A stretch of DNA of 56,479 bases. Source: a virus. Taxonomy: Duplodnaviria > Caudoviricetes. Location of the stretch: positions 1 to 56,479 of the IMG/VR virus record IMGVR_UViG_3300010160_000055, one strand, 5' to 3'. The number at the start of each line of letters is the position of its first letter. Position 1 is the first letter of the stretch. The notes under the pieces are model-generated. The model made no database searches. It saw only the letters and a program-made list of their open reading frames with translations, and had not been told where the DNA came from. Positions 19,475-28,836 of the stretch are shown here, one piece after another. A program made the position numbers and the translations under genes.

Positions 19475-21198
19475 TATAGTGCTTCTGGTGTTTCTGGTTC
19501 TGCTCCTCCTTCTTCTCCTGCTGGTGTTTCTTCTGCTCCGAATTCAGGTGCTGCTTCTCCTCCAGCTTCTCCACCACCGCCACCGGCTGCTGGTTCTGCA
19601 GGTGCTGCTCCTAACTCTTCTCCTCCTGGCTCTTCACCTTGAGAGATTGGTCCGTTTTTAAGTATATCGTTTATTTTATCTAAAGCTTGTTGATAGTCTG
19701 ATAAGTCATTTAAGTAGTATTTTTTACCCTCTACTTGTGCTTCAAATCCTTTACCCATCCATTTTAAGTTAAACGATTGACCGTTTGCTAAATCAACTGC
19801 AAATGTAGAAGGCTTAGGTACTACCCATCTTACGTCTTTTACAAATTCTGGATATTCATGTGTGAATAGGGATACTATTGTTTTTTTAACGGTAGGAAAT
19901 TTTCCTAGTATTTCATCTGAAGATGTTGGTAATACTGCTCCTTCTTCTTCTTGAAGAACTTCAACATATGCCTCTAGCATTAATTGTTGTACCTCTTCTT
20001 TAGTTATTTTTTTAGAAACGACATCTCTTCTATGTTTTAGATACTTATCTGTCTTATCAACTTTTCCATCATTATTGATATCATCATCTTCTTTTCCAAC
20101 TGGATCTAGAGTTTCGTCAACTTTTCTAAACTCACAGCTTTTCTTACCTGTTAGGTATGGAGTTGGATGTGGTGTTCCTTTTACATGAACATGTCCACAT
20201 TTAAAGCAGCAAGTTCCTTTCTTTTCATTCAATGCTACAGCTACTGTTACAGGTGCTTGTTGATCTTCATCTTCTTCTGATTCTAAGTATCCTGCTGCTG
20301 CATCCAAATAATCTTCTGCTTTTGTTAATTTAGATTGAATCCAAGCATCTAATTGCTCATCATCTCCAATAATATCTATCAACTTACTTGCATTTGATTG
20401 AATAGACTTTAACTGTGCTTTAGCCATTGAAGATTCATCATCTGGCTGCAAGTGGTCATCTTCAGCTATATTTTTATTTAATTGTGATTCATCATGTGGT
20501 GGCTCCATTGTAGCCATTTGATCATATTCAGTATCCGATGGTTCTCCAACGTACTTCTTCATTGCATCACTTAGTTTATCTTCTAGTTCAGGAGCAGGTA
20601 GAGAAACAGTATTTCCTTGTGTTATCACAAAGTCTACTAACTCTAATGGTTCGTTTCCTAAATCTAATATAATAGCTGTTCCTTCTGGGTTTAAATTAAA
20701 TTTAAAAGTATCTTGTCCTTTTTCATTTCCATACTGGACATGTATGTTAAATTTATCAACACCTAATCCTGTAAGTTTCATACTCACTACTTCATCTCCT
20801 TCTGCTCTAAGAACTTTTAAAAGAGATTTAGCAACTGCTTTACCAACTGCTGCGGCTTCTTCTGTGGTATACTTTCTTGTTTCTTCTTTTAGTTTTTTGT
20901 TTCCAATTGAAGCATGGTCTATGTTTGGATCTGTCTGAATATTTTTAATTGTTTCAGCATCTGAAGGATCTACCTTTAATACTTTATCTGGCATACCTCC
21001 TTTATAGGAAAGTGTAGCGGGAACTGTCGCTTCTTTTAGCAGTTCTGTAAGTTTAGTTTTTACGCTTTTCAATCGTGTGATCTGTTCTTGAATTACTTTT
21101 TGCTCAGATTTTGAAGATTGAGTTTTTCTTAAACTACTAATTACTGATTCTACTTGTAGTAGCTTCTTTGAAAGTTCTGATTTTGTATATTTTGCCAT
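19474..21198 (-). CDS. Modular putative internal head polyprotein
   Basis: Segments bounded by LKE/IAE/LNE/VDE/LLE/LQE, including a CCxxC-H module and a [11 protein letters not shown]-hand-like loop. Confidence 0.65.
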   Translation of the reverse strand: MAKYTKSELSKKLLQVESVISSLRKTQSSKSEQKVIQEQITRLKSVKTKLTELLKEATVPATLSYKGGMPDKVLKVDPSDAETIKNIQTDPNIDHASIGNKKLKEETRKYTTEEAAAVGKAVAKSLLKVLRAEGDEVVSMKLTGLGVDKFNIHVQYGNEKGQDTFKFNLNPEGTAIILDLGNEPLELVDFVITQGNTVSLPAPELEDKLSDAMKKYVGEPSDTEYDQMATMEPPHDESQLNKNIAEDDHLQPDDESSMAKAQLKSIQSNASKLIDIIGDDEQLDAWIQSKLTKAEDYLDAAAGYLESEEDEDQQAPVTVAVALNEKKGTCCFKCGHVHVKGTPHPTPYLTGKKSCEFRKVDETLDPVGKEDDDINNDGKVDKTDKYLKHRRDVVSKKITKEEVQQLMLEAYVEVLQEEEGAVLPTSSDEILGKFPTVKKTIVSLFTHEYPEFVKDVRWVVPKPSTFAVDLANGQSFNLKWMGKGFEAQVEGKKYYLNDLSDYQQALDKINDILKNGPISQGEEPGGEELGAAPAEPAAGGGGGEAGGEAAPEFGAEETPAGEEGGAEPETPEAL

Positions 21199-21233
21199 CT
21201 TCTAAAGATATAAATTTATTTTCTATTTTTATA

Positions 21234-21896
21234 CTATTTGCAATGATAATTTAGATACCTCTGCAATGCTTTTCCATAGTGAGTACCTTTATTGTCTAAT
21301 GCAGAATGTGCTGCTCTAACTTTTGTACAGGTTAGTTTTCCTAATCTGTCTTTTAGTATTCCTGGTTTAACAGGATCATCTATTCCTTCCTCCAAAGCTA
21401 TTGTAGGGTCCGGAGTCATAAACCCCGGTTTTCTCATAATAGTTTTTGCTAGTGCTTGATTTACTTGACTAACAAAAGGTATATTGATGCTACTATTTCT
21501 ATCTTTAACAACAAATTCATGATACTTTTTAACAAAGTTTATAAAAGCATCTTTTTTACTAGCTAATCTATTAAAAAATAATACTAATTCATCTGATGTT
21601 ATTTCTTTACCGTTTCTAGGATCGTTTAATCGATCAAAGAAGTGATTACCGAACTCTATATCAATAGGGTCTAGTTCTGAATCAGCATGTCTCTCTACTG
21701 AATCTAGTTCAGAAGAGGTCATCTCTTTCATAGCAAGGATTTCTTTTCCTGCCTTTACAGCTGCTTTAAAAGCTTTACTCCCTTTTCTAGCAGGCTTCTC
21801 TCCTCTTTTATGTTTTGCATTTATATTAGCCCACAGTCCTTTAGATTCTTCTTCAAGAACTTCTCTAACTAACTTTTCTAATACACTTCTTTTCAT
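21234..21896 (-). CDS. Three-module protein: basic peptide, putative BECR-fold RNase-like domain, basic C-module
   Basis: Leader ...EVLEE; central HFFDRLNDPRN...AKTIMRK; boundaries MKE and LEE. Confidence 0.5.
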   Translation of the reverse strand: MKRSVLEKLVREVLEEESKGLWANINAKHKRGEKPARKGSKAFKAAVKAGKEILAMKEMTSSELDSVERHADSELDPIDIEFGNHFFDRLNDPRNGKEITSDELVLFFNRLASKKDAFINFVKKYHEFVVKDRNSSINIPFVSQVNQALAKTIMRKPGFMTPDPTIALEEGIDDPVKPGILKDRLGKLTCTKVRAAHSALDNKGTHYGKALQRYLNYHCK

Positions 21897-21899
21897 CTC

Positions 21900-22670
21900 T
21901 TATTTTGTACTATCTGGTATCTTAGTATCTTCTATAAATTTCTTATGTGAATTTTTATAGGACTTCTGTGTTTCATCATTTACATTCTTAGTGTATTGCC
22001 AATTCCAGTATAAGTCATTATTTGGTTTAAATCCGTAAAACTTGTGAACGTCTTTTTGTGTTTCACTAACAACTTCTCCATTCCAGTTTTGACCCACACA
22101 TATAAAACCAGATTGAACATCTTTTATAAGATTTGATTCTCCTAAAGTTGTATGTCTATTCTCAATCCAAGTTAACCTTTCAATTAACTTTTGGTAATAC
22201 ATATTTGTTTGTCCCCATCTTATTGAACTAAAGAATACTACTGCATCTGATTCGAATAATTCTTTTGAGATTTTCCATAATTCATCTTTTGGATTATTAT
22301 AGCTTGCCCAGCATCTATGATGCCCTGATGGATTTTTATCTTTGTCTTTTAGTGCTGCTTTTAGTACTCCGCAGCTATTCCCACCTGCTCTTGATACGTT
22401 TCCTTCACAAGGAAATATGTTAAGTTCTGGTACGTCAATTAGTACTGAGTTATTCACTAACTGACTGTGAAGGTACATTGCGATCATTTTTGACTTTGGA
22501 ACGTCGATAGCATTATCATCCCAATTGTATCTATTTGAACAACTTAGCAATAGTACTTTTTTCTTTTTTTTAAGAATGTCAATAGTTTTTTGTATTGCTT
22601 TCCAAGCATCGGATTGAACCAGCTCTTCTTGCAACATCATCTCATTTATTAAATCAGTTAATTTAATCAC
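21900..22670 (-). CDS. Flavodoxin-fold NAD(P)H-dependent FMN reductase / iron-sulfur-flavoprotein-like protein
   Basis: SCSNR...PKS phosphate loop, PCEG..C..HRC cysteines, ESDAVVFFSSIRWG and KLIERL; leader MIKLTDLINE. Confidence 0.7.
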   Translation of the reverse strand: MIKLTDLINEMMLQEELVQSDAWKAIQKTIDILKKKKKVLLLSCSNRYNWDDNAIDVPKSKMIAMYLHSQLVNNSVLIDVPELNIFPCEGNVSRAGGNSCGVLKAALKDKDKNPSGHHRCWASYNNPKDELWKISKELFESDAVVFFSSIRWGQTNMYYQKLIERLTWIENRHTTLGESNLIKDVQSGFICVGQNWNGEVVSETQKDVHKFYGFKPNNDLYWNWQYTKNVNDETQKSYKNSHKKFIEDTKIPDSTK

Positions 22671-22671
22671 T

Positions 22672-22998
22672 CTACCTATTCTTAATTAATAGTTCACCTA
22701 ATACTTCTAGTCTTCCTACTTCTCTTTGAAATTCAATTTGAGACATATTCAAAGAAATCTTTTTATATGTATCTTCAAACTCTTTCTGTGCTTTTTCAAA
22801 ATCAAGCTTCCCTTCAGCTGCTTTCTTATAGTAAGGTAATTTAACTTTAAAATGATGCCATGTCAATAAAGCTAATCCACCTTTCTCTTTAGCATTATCT
22901 GCAATCTTTTCAGCTCCCTTTTCACGAGTTTCTGCAAACTGCTCAATTACTTCATTAGAGTCAGCTACTACTTCCTGTATTAGTTGTGATAGTCTCAT
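22672..22998 (-). CDS. Hypothetical helical protein with an MRLSQLIQE leader
   Basis: ORF in a coupled operon. Confidence 0.6.
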   Translation of the reverse strand: MRLSQLIQEVVADSNEVIEQFAETREKGAEKIADNAKEKGGLALLTWHHFKVKLPYYKKAAEGKLDFEKAQKEFEDTYKKISLNMSQIEFQREVGRLEVLGELLIKNR

Positions 22999-23135
22999 TA
23001 CTTTCCCTGTCCTCTATAAAGCTTCTTATAATTTTTAGAAGATTTAAGTTTTGAAGTTTTACATTTTGCATGAACTCCAGGTCTTGATACTTTAGGTCTT
23101 TCTACCTTAGTAGTAGAAGGTGCTGCTTTTGCCAT
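22998..23135 (-). CDS. Small basic peptide, 45 aa, ending YRGQGK (not in ORF track)
   Basis: MAKAAPSTTKVERPKVSRPGVHAK...KNYKKLYRGQGK; late motif upstream; TAATG overlap downstream. Confidence 0.7.
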   Translation of the reverse strand: MAKAAPSTTKVERPKVSRPGVHAKCKTSKLKSSKNYKKLYRGQGK

Positions 23136-23183
23136 AAGTTAAGTACTATTTACTGTTTTCAAATAAATAGTAACAAAATTTTA

Positions 23184-23774
23184 TTACGAATCTATATGGC
23201 TTTTTAAATGCTTTAAATACTCTTGAAGATTTGTATTGATTTGTTGTTTAAACTGAGAGTTACTACTGTTCCAATCCTCAACATCTCCCTGTTCCGTTAC
23301 AAAAGTGTCTACCGATTGTAAACTTTCCAATACCCACTCTTCAACATCTTTAGCAAAAGCCTTAATACTTCCCTGCATCATATTTCTCTCGTACGATTCA
23401 TAAAGACCTGCTTTTCTTAATTCTGCTTCGTACTCTACAGTACAGGGATCAAAGCAAAAACCATGAATCTTATACATCTTTTGAGCTAAGTGGTGTTTCA
23501 TTGGCCCTCCGCACTTTGGACATGCTAATGGTATTTGTAAAGCTTTTTTTGCTAGGTCTAGTTTTGTAATGTTTTGCCTTAGTCCATTTTTAATAGTCCA
23601 GGTTCTTCCATTCTCTTCCCAGATATCTCCTTCTTTGTAAGCAACTTGTGCTTTTGAATATCCTACACCATCAACAGTCTTTGCCGAAAAATCTTTTTTA
23701 ACTAAATTTCTAGCTCTATTAACATCTCTAGATGAAAATTCTTTTTTAAGTAAGCTCTCTTTCGCCATAACCAA
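23184..23774 (-). CDS. Zn-ribbon hypothetical protein
   Basis: CPKC...CFDPC. Confidence 0.65.
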   Translation of the reverse strand: MVMAKESLLKKEFSSRDVNRARNLVKKDFSAKTVDGVGYSKAQVAYKEGDIWEENGRTWTIKNGLRQNITKLDLAKKALQIPLACPKCGGPMKHHLAQKMYKIHGFCFDPCTVEYEAELRKAGLYESYERNMMQGSIKAFAKDVEEWVLESLQSVDTFVTEQGDVEDWNSSNSQFKQQINTNLQEYLKHLKSHIDS

Positions 23775-24336
23775 GTTCTTTTAGTTTATTTATAACCGAT
23801 GAAACATCTCCATCTTTACATTCTATTGCTATTCCTCCTTTAGAAGCAAATGCCTCTAGGTTAGAAGGTTTATCATCTATTAATATAGAGTTTTCATTTG
23901 CAAAATCCGACTTAGCATCTCCGAATCTAAAAATTACTTCTGGTGCTGGTGATAAGTGATTTCTTACCCATAGTTTTTTACCTAATCTTGAAGTATCATC
24001 CTCGGATGGTGATGTAAGAAGTTTTGGTCCGTATGGTTGTATAAAGTCCCATAAGACCTGTCCTTGAGGCATCCAGGGCATATCTGACCAGAACTCTAAT
24101 CCTATGTGCTGATCAATGAATTTCCAAAACTCTTCTGTTCCTTCTAGTTTATCGAAGTGCTTAGGTCTTGTTACTTGAGCAATAACTGCTTTTGAATAGT
24201 ACTTTGGACCTTCTTTTCTTAAAAGAGTAACAAATCTTCTTTCAAAGTCTGTTAATACTCCGTCCATATCACAGTATATCTGATACTTAGGTATAAAGTC
24301 TGATTCTTCTAATAATAAGTCTGTTAAATTTCCCAT
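23746..24336 (-). CDS. HAD-superfamily 5'(3')-deoxyribonucleotidase-like protein
   Basis: DMDGVLTDF, LTSP, K..W and ILIDD motifs; leader MGNLTDLLLEE. Confidence 0.85.
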   Translation of the reverse strand: MGNLTDLLLEESDFIPKYQIYCDMDGVLTDFERRFVTLLRKEGPKYYSKAVIAQVTRPKHFDKLEGTEEFWKFIDQHIGLEFWSDMPWMPQGQVLWDFIQPYGPKLLTSPSEDDTSRLGKKLWVRNHLSPAPEVIFRFGDAKSDFANENSILIDDKPSNLEAFASKGGIAIECKDGDVSSVINKLKELGYGERELT

Positions 24337-24348
24337 AACCTTTTTATT

Positions 24349-27072
24349 TTATAATATTTGTTTTAATCCTAATGCAGGTAATCTCTTACGCCATAAGTTA
24401 AGGATTTCCTCTCTTTCTTGAGGCGTAATATCTTGAGCATCTAAATAACTGCTCACAACATCTGCAAATGGTCTTTTTTCTTTTTTAGCTCTAAAATACA
24501 TTCCCTGTAGGTTTGCATCTATCTCTTTTTTTAATTTAAAGTAGTCTCCTATTGGCTTTATTCCCGCTCTAATTTTATCTCTTTTAGATAAATCGCCTCT
24601 CATTATTTTAGAAGGGTTTGTAGATACTCCTCCTCTATTATGTGTTAAGTGTTCGATTTCATGTCTAAAAAGATCTTTTAAAGTCATTGAGACTTCTTTC
24701 CAGAAGCTAGGTAGTATTTCTGGATCTACTGCAATATCGATTATAATAAAATCTCCATCTCTATCGAAACCTGCTCCTGTACTTTCTAATACTTCCATTT
24801 TTCCTGTTCCAGGTGTTAATACTAAAGTACCTTCTACGTCGAATTCTACATCACCATTTGAATAGGTTTCTTCAAATCCTATGCTCTTTTCTCCTGCATC
24901 AAATGCTTCTTTCCAAGCTCTAAATAAATCTGATGATGCTTGATTGCTAATCTTGTCGTATCTTCCTTCTGCCATAACCTCTTTGTTGTCATTATTTTTT
25001 AACCCGTCTTCCCAGTTTCTGAATGTGATGTTACCTTTTAGGTAAGCTTCTTTTTCTATTTCCTGAAAGACGTTGTCTTCATTTGTATTGGTAGTTGCTC
25101 CTATTCCTTGAAGCCTTCCTTCCATGTTTTGCATGTGGTGAATCATTTCATGAGAAAATGATCTACAAACATCCTTTGGATGTCTTCCTAATACGTATAG
25201 AATTACTTCTTTATTGTTTGGATCATAGTATGCTGTTTTACCAAAGAAGTTATTTGCCTCATTTTCATCGTATCTAATTTTAATTTCTGGTAGTGGTTGG
25301 ATGTTCATTCCTTGGTCTAACATATACTCTATAAGAGATCCTATATATGGAGTGTAGTTGAACTTTTCTTGCTCCACTCCCTCTGGTAAGTGCTTTTGGT
25401 AAGGTGTTCCATCAAAACTTACATCTGAATAGGTTTTAATGTAGATGTCAATTCTATCCTGATTGAATACTATTGTAAATTTGTCTGGATCGATTGTTTG
25501 TTTTAAATCGTCATAAAGGTGCTCTAAAGAAGCTCTATCTTTAGAAGGAATTGCACCTCCTGGTTGAATTGGTGTTCCTGATGATCCTTCTTTTACTGTT
25601 TTAGTTTTTTTAGGAAAGAAGCCTTCAAATACTTCATCAACTGCAGCTAACATTTTATCTTCAATTGCAGGTTCTTCTTCCTGTGGTTTTATAATATCGA
25701 TAATTGCTTGCTTATCTTCTTTTGATACTACTTTTGGAATCCATTTACCGTCTAGTAAAAACTTCTCTGACTTTCTAATATCAGTTGCTGAGAATTTATC
25801 ATCTTCTTTATTCGTAATAACAGGAAGTTCTTTTATTTCTACATTCTTGTAGTCACCTTGTTTTTTCTTCTTTTCTATTCCAGAGAATTTACCCATTTCA
25901 TCAGCCATAGCTCCTGTTATAATCTTTGTTACTTTGTTTTGATTTGCATCAATCCATTCATAAGTATCTAAGATTGGAGTTACTTTACTAATATGAATCT
26001 CCATTGGTACGTTTATGTATTTAGCATAAATTTCCCAAATTGCTTTTGATTGTTCTGCTGTAATCTTTACTCCTTCTCTGATCTTAGGTCCGATGAAAAT
26101 AACAATCTTATCTGCTTTGGTAGAAAGGAATTTAGCATTCTCAAAGTGAGCAAGGTGTGGTGGTTTAAATCCTCCAGCATAAAGTGCTACAATTTCAGAT
26201 CCATCATCTAATGCTTCAGAAAGTGTTTGTGCTACTTTTTCAAGAGCATCTTCTTTACCTTTTCCTTTAGCTGTTCCAACCTCTCCTGATTTAACAGATA
26301 CCATTGATTTGAATATACCTGCTATTCTGTTCTTAGATCTCTCGTTTGTTAGTTTTCTAGCAACATCATCTAATAGATCTTCAAAAGAACCATCTATATT
26401 AAATCCTTGAAATAATATTTTAATAGTACCCCAAGCTGTTGTTGACCATACTTCTTCTCTTGCTATTTCTCTAAAGTTTTCTAATTTTACTTTTCTTAAA
26501 GATAGTTTTACCGATGATAAGTTAAATTCAAACTCTTCACCTCTTTTCAGTTTAGGTATATTTGAAATACCCATTCTTCTAAAGACATCTTGCGGATTTT
26601 GTTCCAATAGAATTACTTTTGCTAACCCTATTAATAGTCCTTGCTTTTCAGCTGGTAAATCTAGGAAAGATCCTTTAAAGGCGTGTTCTTCTTCGGTAAG
26701 AGAAATGATATTATCAACTTGAATATATTGATCTTCTTTACCTACAATCGGGTAAAGTACTGAGATTAATTCTCCTGAGTTGTAATACCTTCTGCCGGTA
26801 TATTTTTCTGATTTAAAAGGTATAATTACGTTTTGTGGAAGTGCTAAAGCTGCATCGATAAGTCTTTGTTTAACTTCTCTCTTATCGTCTCCTTCAAACC
26901 ATACTATTATATCTAAGTCTCCAAAGTCAGCTTTTGTTCCTGCTTTCACAGATCCTGATAGAGAAGCTTTTTTAAAGCCTGGTATTTTACTTAGAACTTC
27001 TTCTACGTATTTATTGAATGTAGCTTGTACATCCCCTCTTTCTATTCTATTTCCTCCTGCTACTCCTGACAT
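24349..27072 (-). CDS. Polyvalent protein: Pol-beta nucleotidyltransferase, HIGH-class cytidylyl/adenylyltransferase-like domain and two zincin (HExxH) domains
   Basis: GS...DFGDLD...QVD; YAGGFKPPHLAH...FSATDIR; SFSHEMIHH..Q...E.EAY; FRHEIEH...EIDA. Confidence 0.8.
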   Translation of the reverse strand: MSGVAGGNRIERGDVQATFNKYVEEVLSKIPGFKKASLSGSVKAGTKADFGDLDIIVWFEGDDKREVKQRLIDAALALPQNVIIPFKSEKYTGRRYYNSGELISVLYPIVGKEDQYIQVDNIISLTEEEHAFKGSFLDLPAEKQGLLIGLAKVILLEQNPQDVFRRMGISNIPKLKRGEEFEFNLSSVKLSLRKVKLENFREIAREEVWSTTAWGTIKILFQGFNIDGSFEDLLDDVARKLTNERSKNRIAGIFKSMVSVKSGEVGTAKGKGKEDALEKVAQTLSEALDDGSEIVALYAGGFKPPHLAHFENAKFLSTKADKIVIFIGPKIREGVKITAEQSKAIWEIYAKYINVPMEIHISKVTPILDTYEWIDANQNKVTKIITGAMADEMGKFSGIEKKKKQGDYKNVEIKELPVITNKEDDKFSATDIRKSEKFLLDGKWIPKVVSKEDKQAIIDIIKPQEEEPAIEDKMLAAVDEVFEGFFPKKTKTVKEGSSGTPIQPGGAIPSKDRASLEHLYDDLKQTIDPDKFTIVFNQDRIDIYIKTYSDVSFDGTPYQKHLPEGVEQEKFNYTPYIGSLIEYMLDQGMNIQPLPEIKIRYDENEANNFFGKTAYYDPNNKEVILYVLGRHPKDVCRSFSHEMIHHMQNMEGRLQGIGATTNTNEDNVFQEIEKEAYLKGNITFRNWEDGLKNNDNKEVMAEGRYDKISNQASSDLFRAWKEAFDAGEKSIGFEETYSNGDVEFDVEGTLVLTPGTGKMEVLESTGAGFDRDGDFIIIDIAVDPEILPSFWKEVSMTLKDLFRHEIEHLTHNRGGVSTNPSKIMRGDLSKRDKIRAGIKPIGDYFKLKKEIDANLQGMYFRAKKEKRPFADVVSSYLDAQDITPQEREEILNLWRKRLPALGLKQIL

Positions 27073-27073
27073 A

Positions 27074-27982
27074 TTATACTCTGTATTGTGTTAAGTTTGA
27101 ATTATCCGGTAAAAACTTACCTTTTAATCCTAATCTTTCTTGATTTTTTATCCAATAAGCTTGTAAGTCTTCTGGTATATCACATCTAGTACTATCTAAT
27201 ATTTTAAGATAAGTATCGTAAACAGCATGTAATTCTTGTTCAGATAAACCTCCTTCTAGTGTTTCTATCAACTTAAAGTAGTCTCCTATCGTATCTCTAT
27301 CTAAATTTAGATTATATGATTTGTTCAATAGGTCTATTGCTTGTTGTGGTGTATTTGCTACAATCTCTTGTGATTCTTTATCCTTTACTCCATAATTGTG
27401 AGAGAATGTAAATCCTTTCTGTGAGAATAAAGATACCAGTAATTGTGTTCTATGTAACCCTTTTACGTTTCCTGAATATGTAGCTGAATGATATGCAAAC
27501 TGTAACCAATCTACATCTCCTACATTTACATCTATTTGAACGTTTTGCCCTACTACTTCGTTATTCTCATCGTATTGTGGGAATAGAAGGAATAAAGCTC
27601 CTGCAGAAGATCCTTTTACATCTGCTATGATCTCTGTATCAGCTTCTGCAATCTTTTGTGCTATTGCTACAATTACAGCTCTTTTCATTAACTGATCATC
27701 TGAGGATGTTCTAGCTCTTTTCTTAAACCCTTCAAATAATGCTTGAACGTGTTTTTCGTCTAGTCCCCAATCTTCTACATTATCAAAGGATGACCCGGCT
27801 AGTGCTAGGTCAATATCCCCTGAATAATCTTTTTTCCCTACAGATCCTAGAGTTTTCATCTCTCTAAAGAATGGTTCTGCTTTTGGAAATATTTGTTTGA
27901 ACTGTTTAAAAAACTCTAATAGAGTTGGTTTAATATGCTCTTTTTTTATCGGTGCTGTACTATCGAATACGTTTCCTCCCAT
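27074..27982 (-). CDS. Pol-beta-superfamily nucleotidyltransferase
   Basis: LGSVGKK..SGDIDL...VQIDV catalytic aspartate triad. Confidence 0.8.
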   Translation of the reverse strand: MGGNVFDSTAPIKKEHIKPTLLEFFKQFKQIFPKAEPFFREMKTLGSVGKKDYSGDIDLALAGSSFDNVEDWGLDEKHVQALFEGFKKRARTSSDDQLMKRAVIVAIAQKIAEADTEIIADVKGSSAGALFLLFPQYDENNEVVGQNVQIDVNVGDVDWLQFAYHSATYSGNVKGLHRTQLLVSLFSQKGFTFSHNYGVKDKESQEIVANTPQQAIDLLNKSYNLNLDRDTIGDYFKLIETLEGGLSEQELHAVYDTYLKILDSTRCDIPEDLQAYWIKNQERLGLKGKFLPDNSNLTQYRV

Positions 27983-27999
27983 TATACTTTCTATTTACC

Positions 28000-28030
28000 T
28001 AAAGATATGAATATTCTTTCGATTATCCAA
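28000..28030 (-). promoter_or_regulatory. Bacteroidota-like promoter TTG-N20-TATCTTTA
   Basis: Resembles the -33 TTTG / -7 TAnnTTTG architecture; spacing identical to most other copies. Confidence 0.65.
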
Positions 28031-28052
28031 CGATTATATTAAATAAATAGTA

Positions 28053-28835
28053 CTAAAGTTTGATAGTGGTTGGATATGATGTAAACTTAGGCTCTGTTGT
28101 TGGATGCTCAAGTTCGTATAATTTATAGATCAATTTGAATAATTCAAAGTTCTTTTCTATATCATCAATCACTTTTAACTCCCATCCTTTACCTTGTAAC
28201 TTCTTCCCGGCTTTATCAGCTCCTCGAGTTGATGCTTTCAACCAAAGAATAGCTGTTCTATCAATTTTAATACCTTTTGTTTCTTCAATCGACTTAGCGT
28301 ATGCTGCCAATTGTAAGTCATATGATTTATGTAAGTGATTTGAGGTTTTAAAGTCAATCAACCAATTCTCTCCATTCATCGATACAACTATATCGGCTGT
28401 TCCTGCATACTTGTGAGTATCTGAGTAAGTAAATTCTTCTGTAAAGATTAATACAGGTTTTGCTACATCCCAAAACTCTTTAAACTTTATAATCATTCCC
28501 CATACCAGTTCATTATACCTAGCATTACCGTAATCATCCATCCATTGGATTTCTTTACCCTCTAATAACTCTTCTATTGCATTATGAGTTTGAGTACCTT
28601 CATCTCCGGCTCTTCTCATTATAATGTCTGAATTGTGTCCTACGTCTTTGAGCCAAGACTCAAAGAATTTATTCTTTGGCATGTACTGTAAGATCGAAGT
28701 AACTGAAGGGTAAAATACTCCTTCCGATCGTTGATAAACCCTTCTATCTAAGAAGTTAATTTGCTTTAATTCAGGTTTAAAGTCTAACCTTTTTTTGGCA
28801 TGTTCCGATAGAACATTTTGTCCTTTTTGTATCAT
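28053..28835 (-). CDS. PD-(D/E)xK (Cas4-like) exonuclease
   Basis: YPSVTSIL, GT.TH, YAGTAD, IDFKTS and QLAAY motifs; likely start MIQKG at 28835. Confidence 0.85.
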   Translation of the reverse strand: MIQKGQNVLSEHAKKRLDFKPELKQINFLDRRVYQRSEGVFYPSVTSILQYMPKNKFFESWLKDVGHNSDIIMRRAGDEGTQTHNAIEELLEGKEIQWMDDYGNARYNELVWGMIIKFKEFWDVAKPVLIFTEEFTYSDTHKYAGTADIVVSMNGENWLIDFKTSNHLHKSYDLQLAAYAKSIEETKGIKIDRTAILWLKASTRGADKAGKKLQGKGWELKVIDDIEKNFELFKLIYKLYELEHPTTEPKFTSYPTTIKL

Positions 28836-28836
28836 G

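Noticed and set aside
28053-28835. CRISPR-associated cas4
   Set aside because: This is a solo PD-(D/E)xK exonuclease next to primase, with no Fe-S cysteines, cas genes or array.
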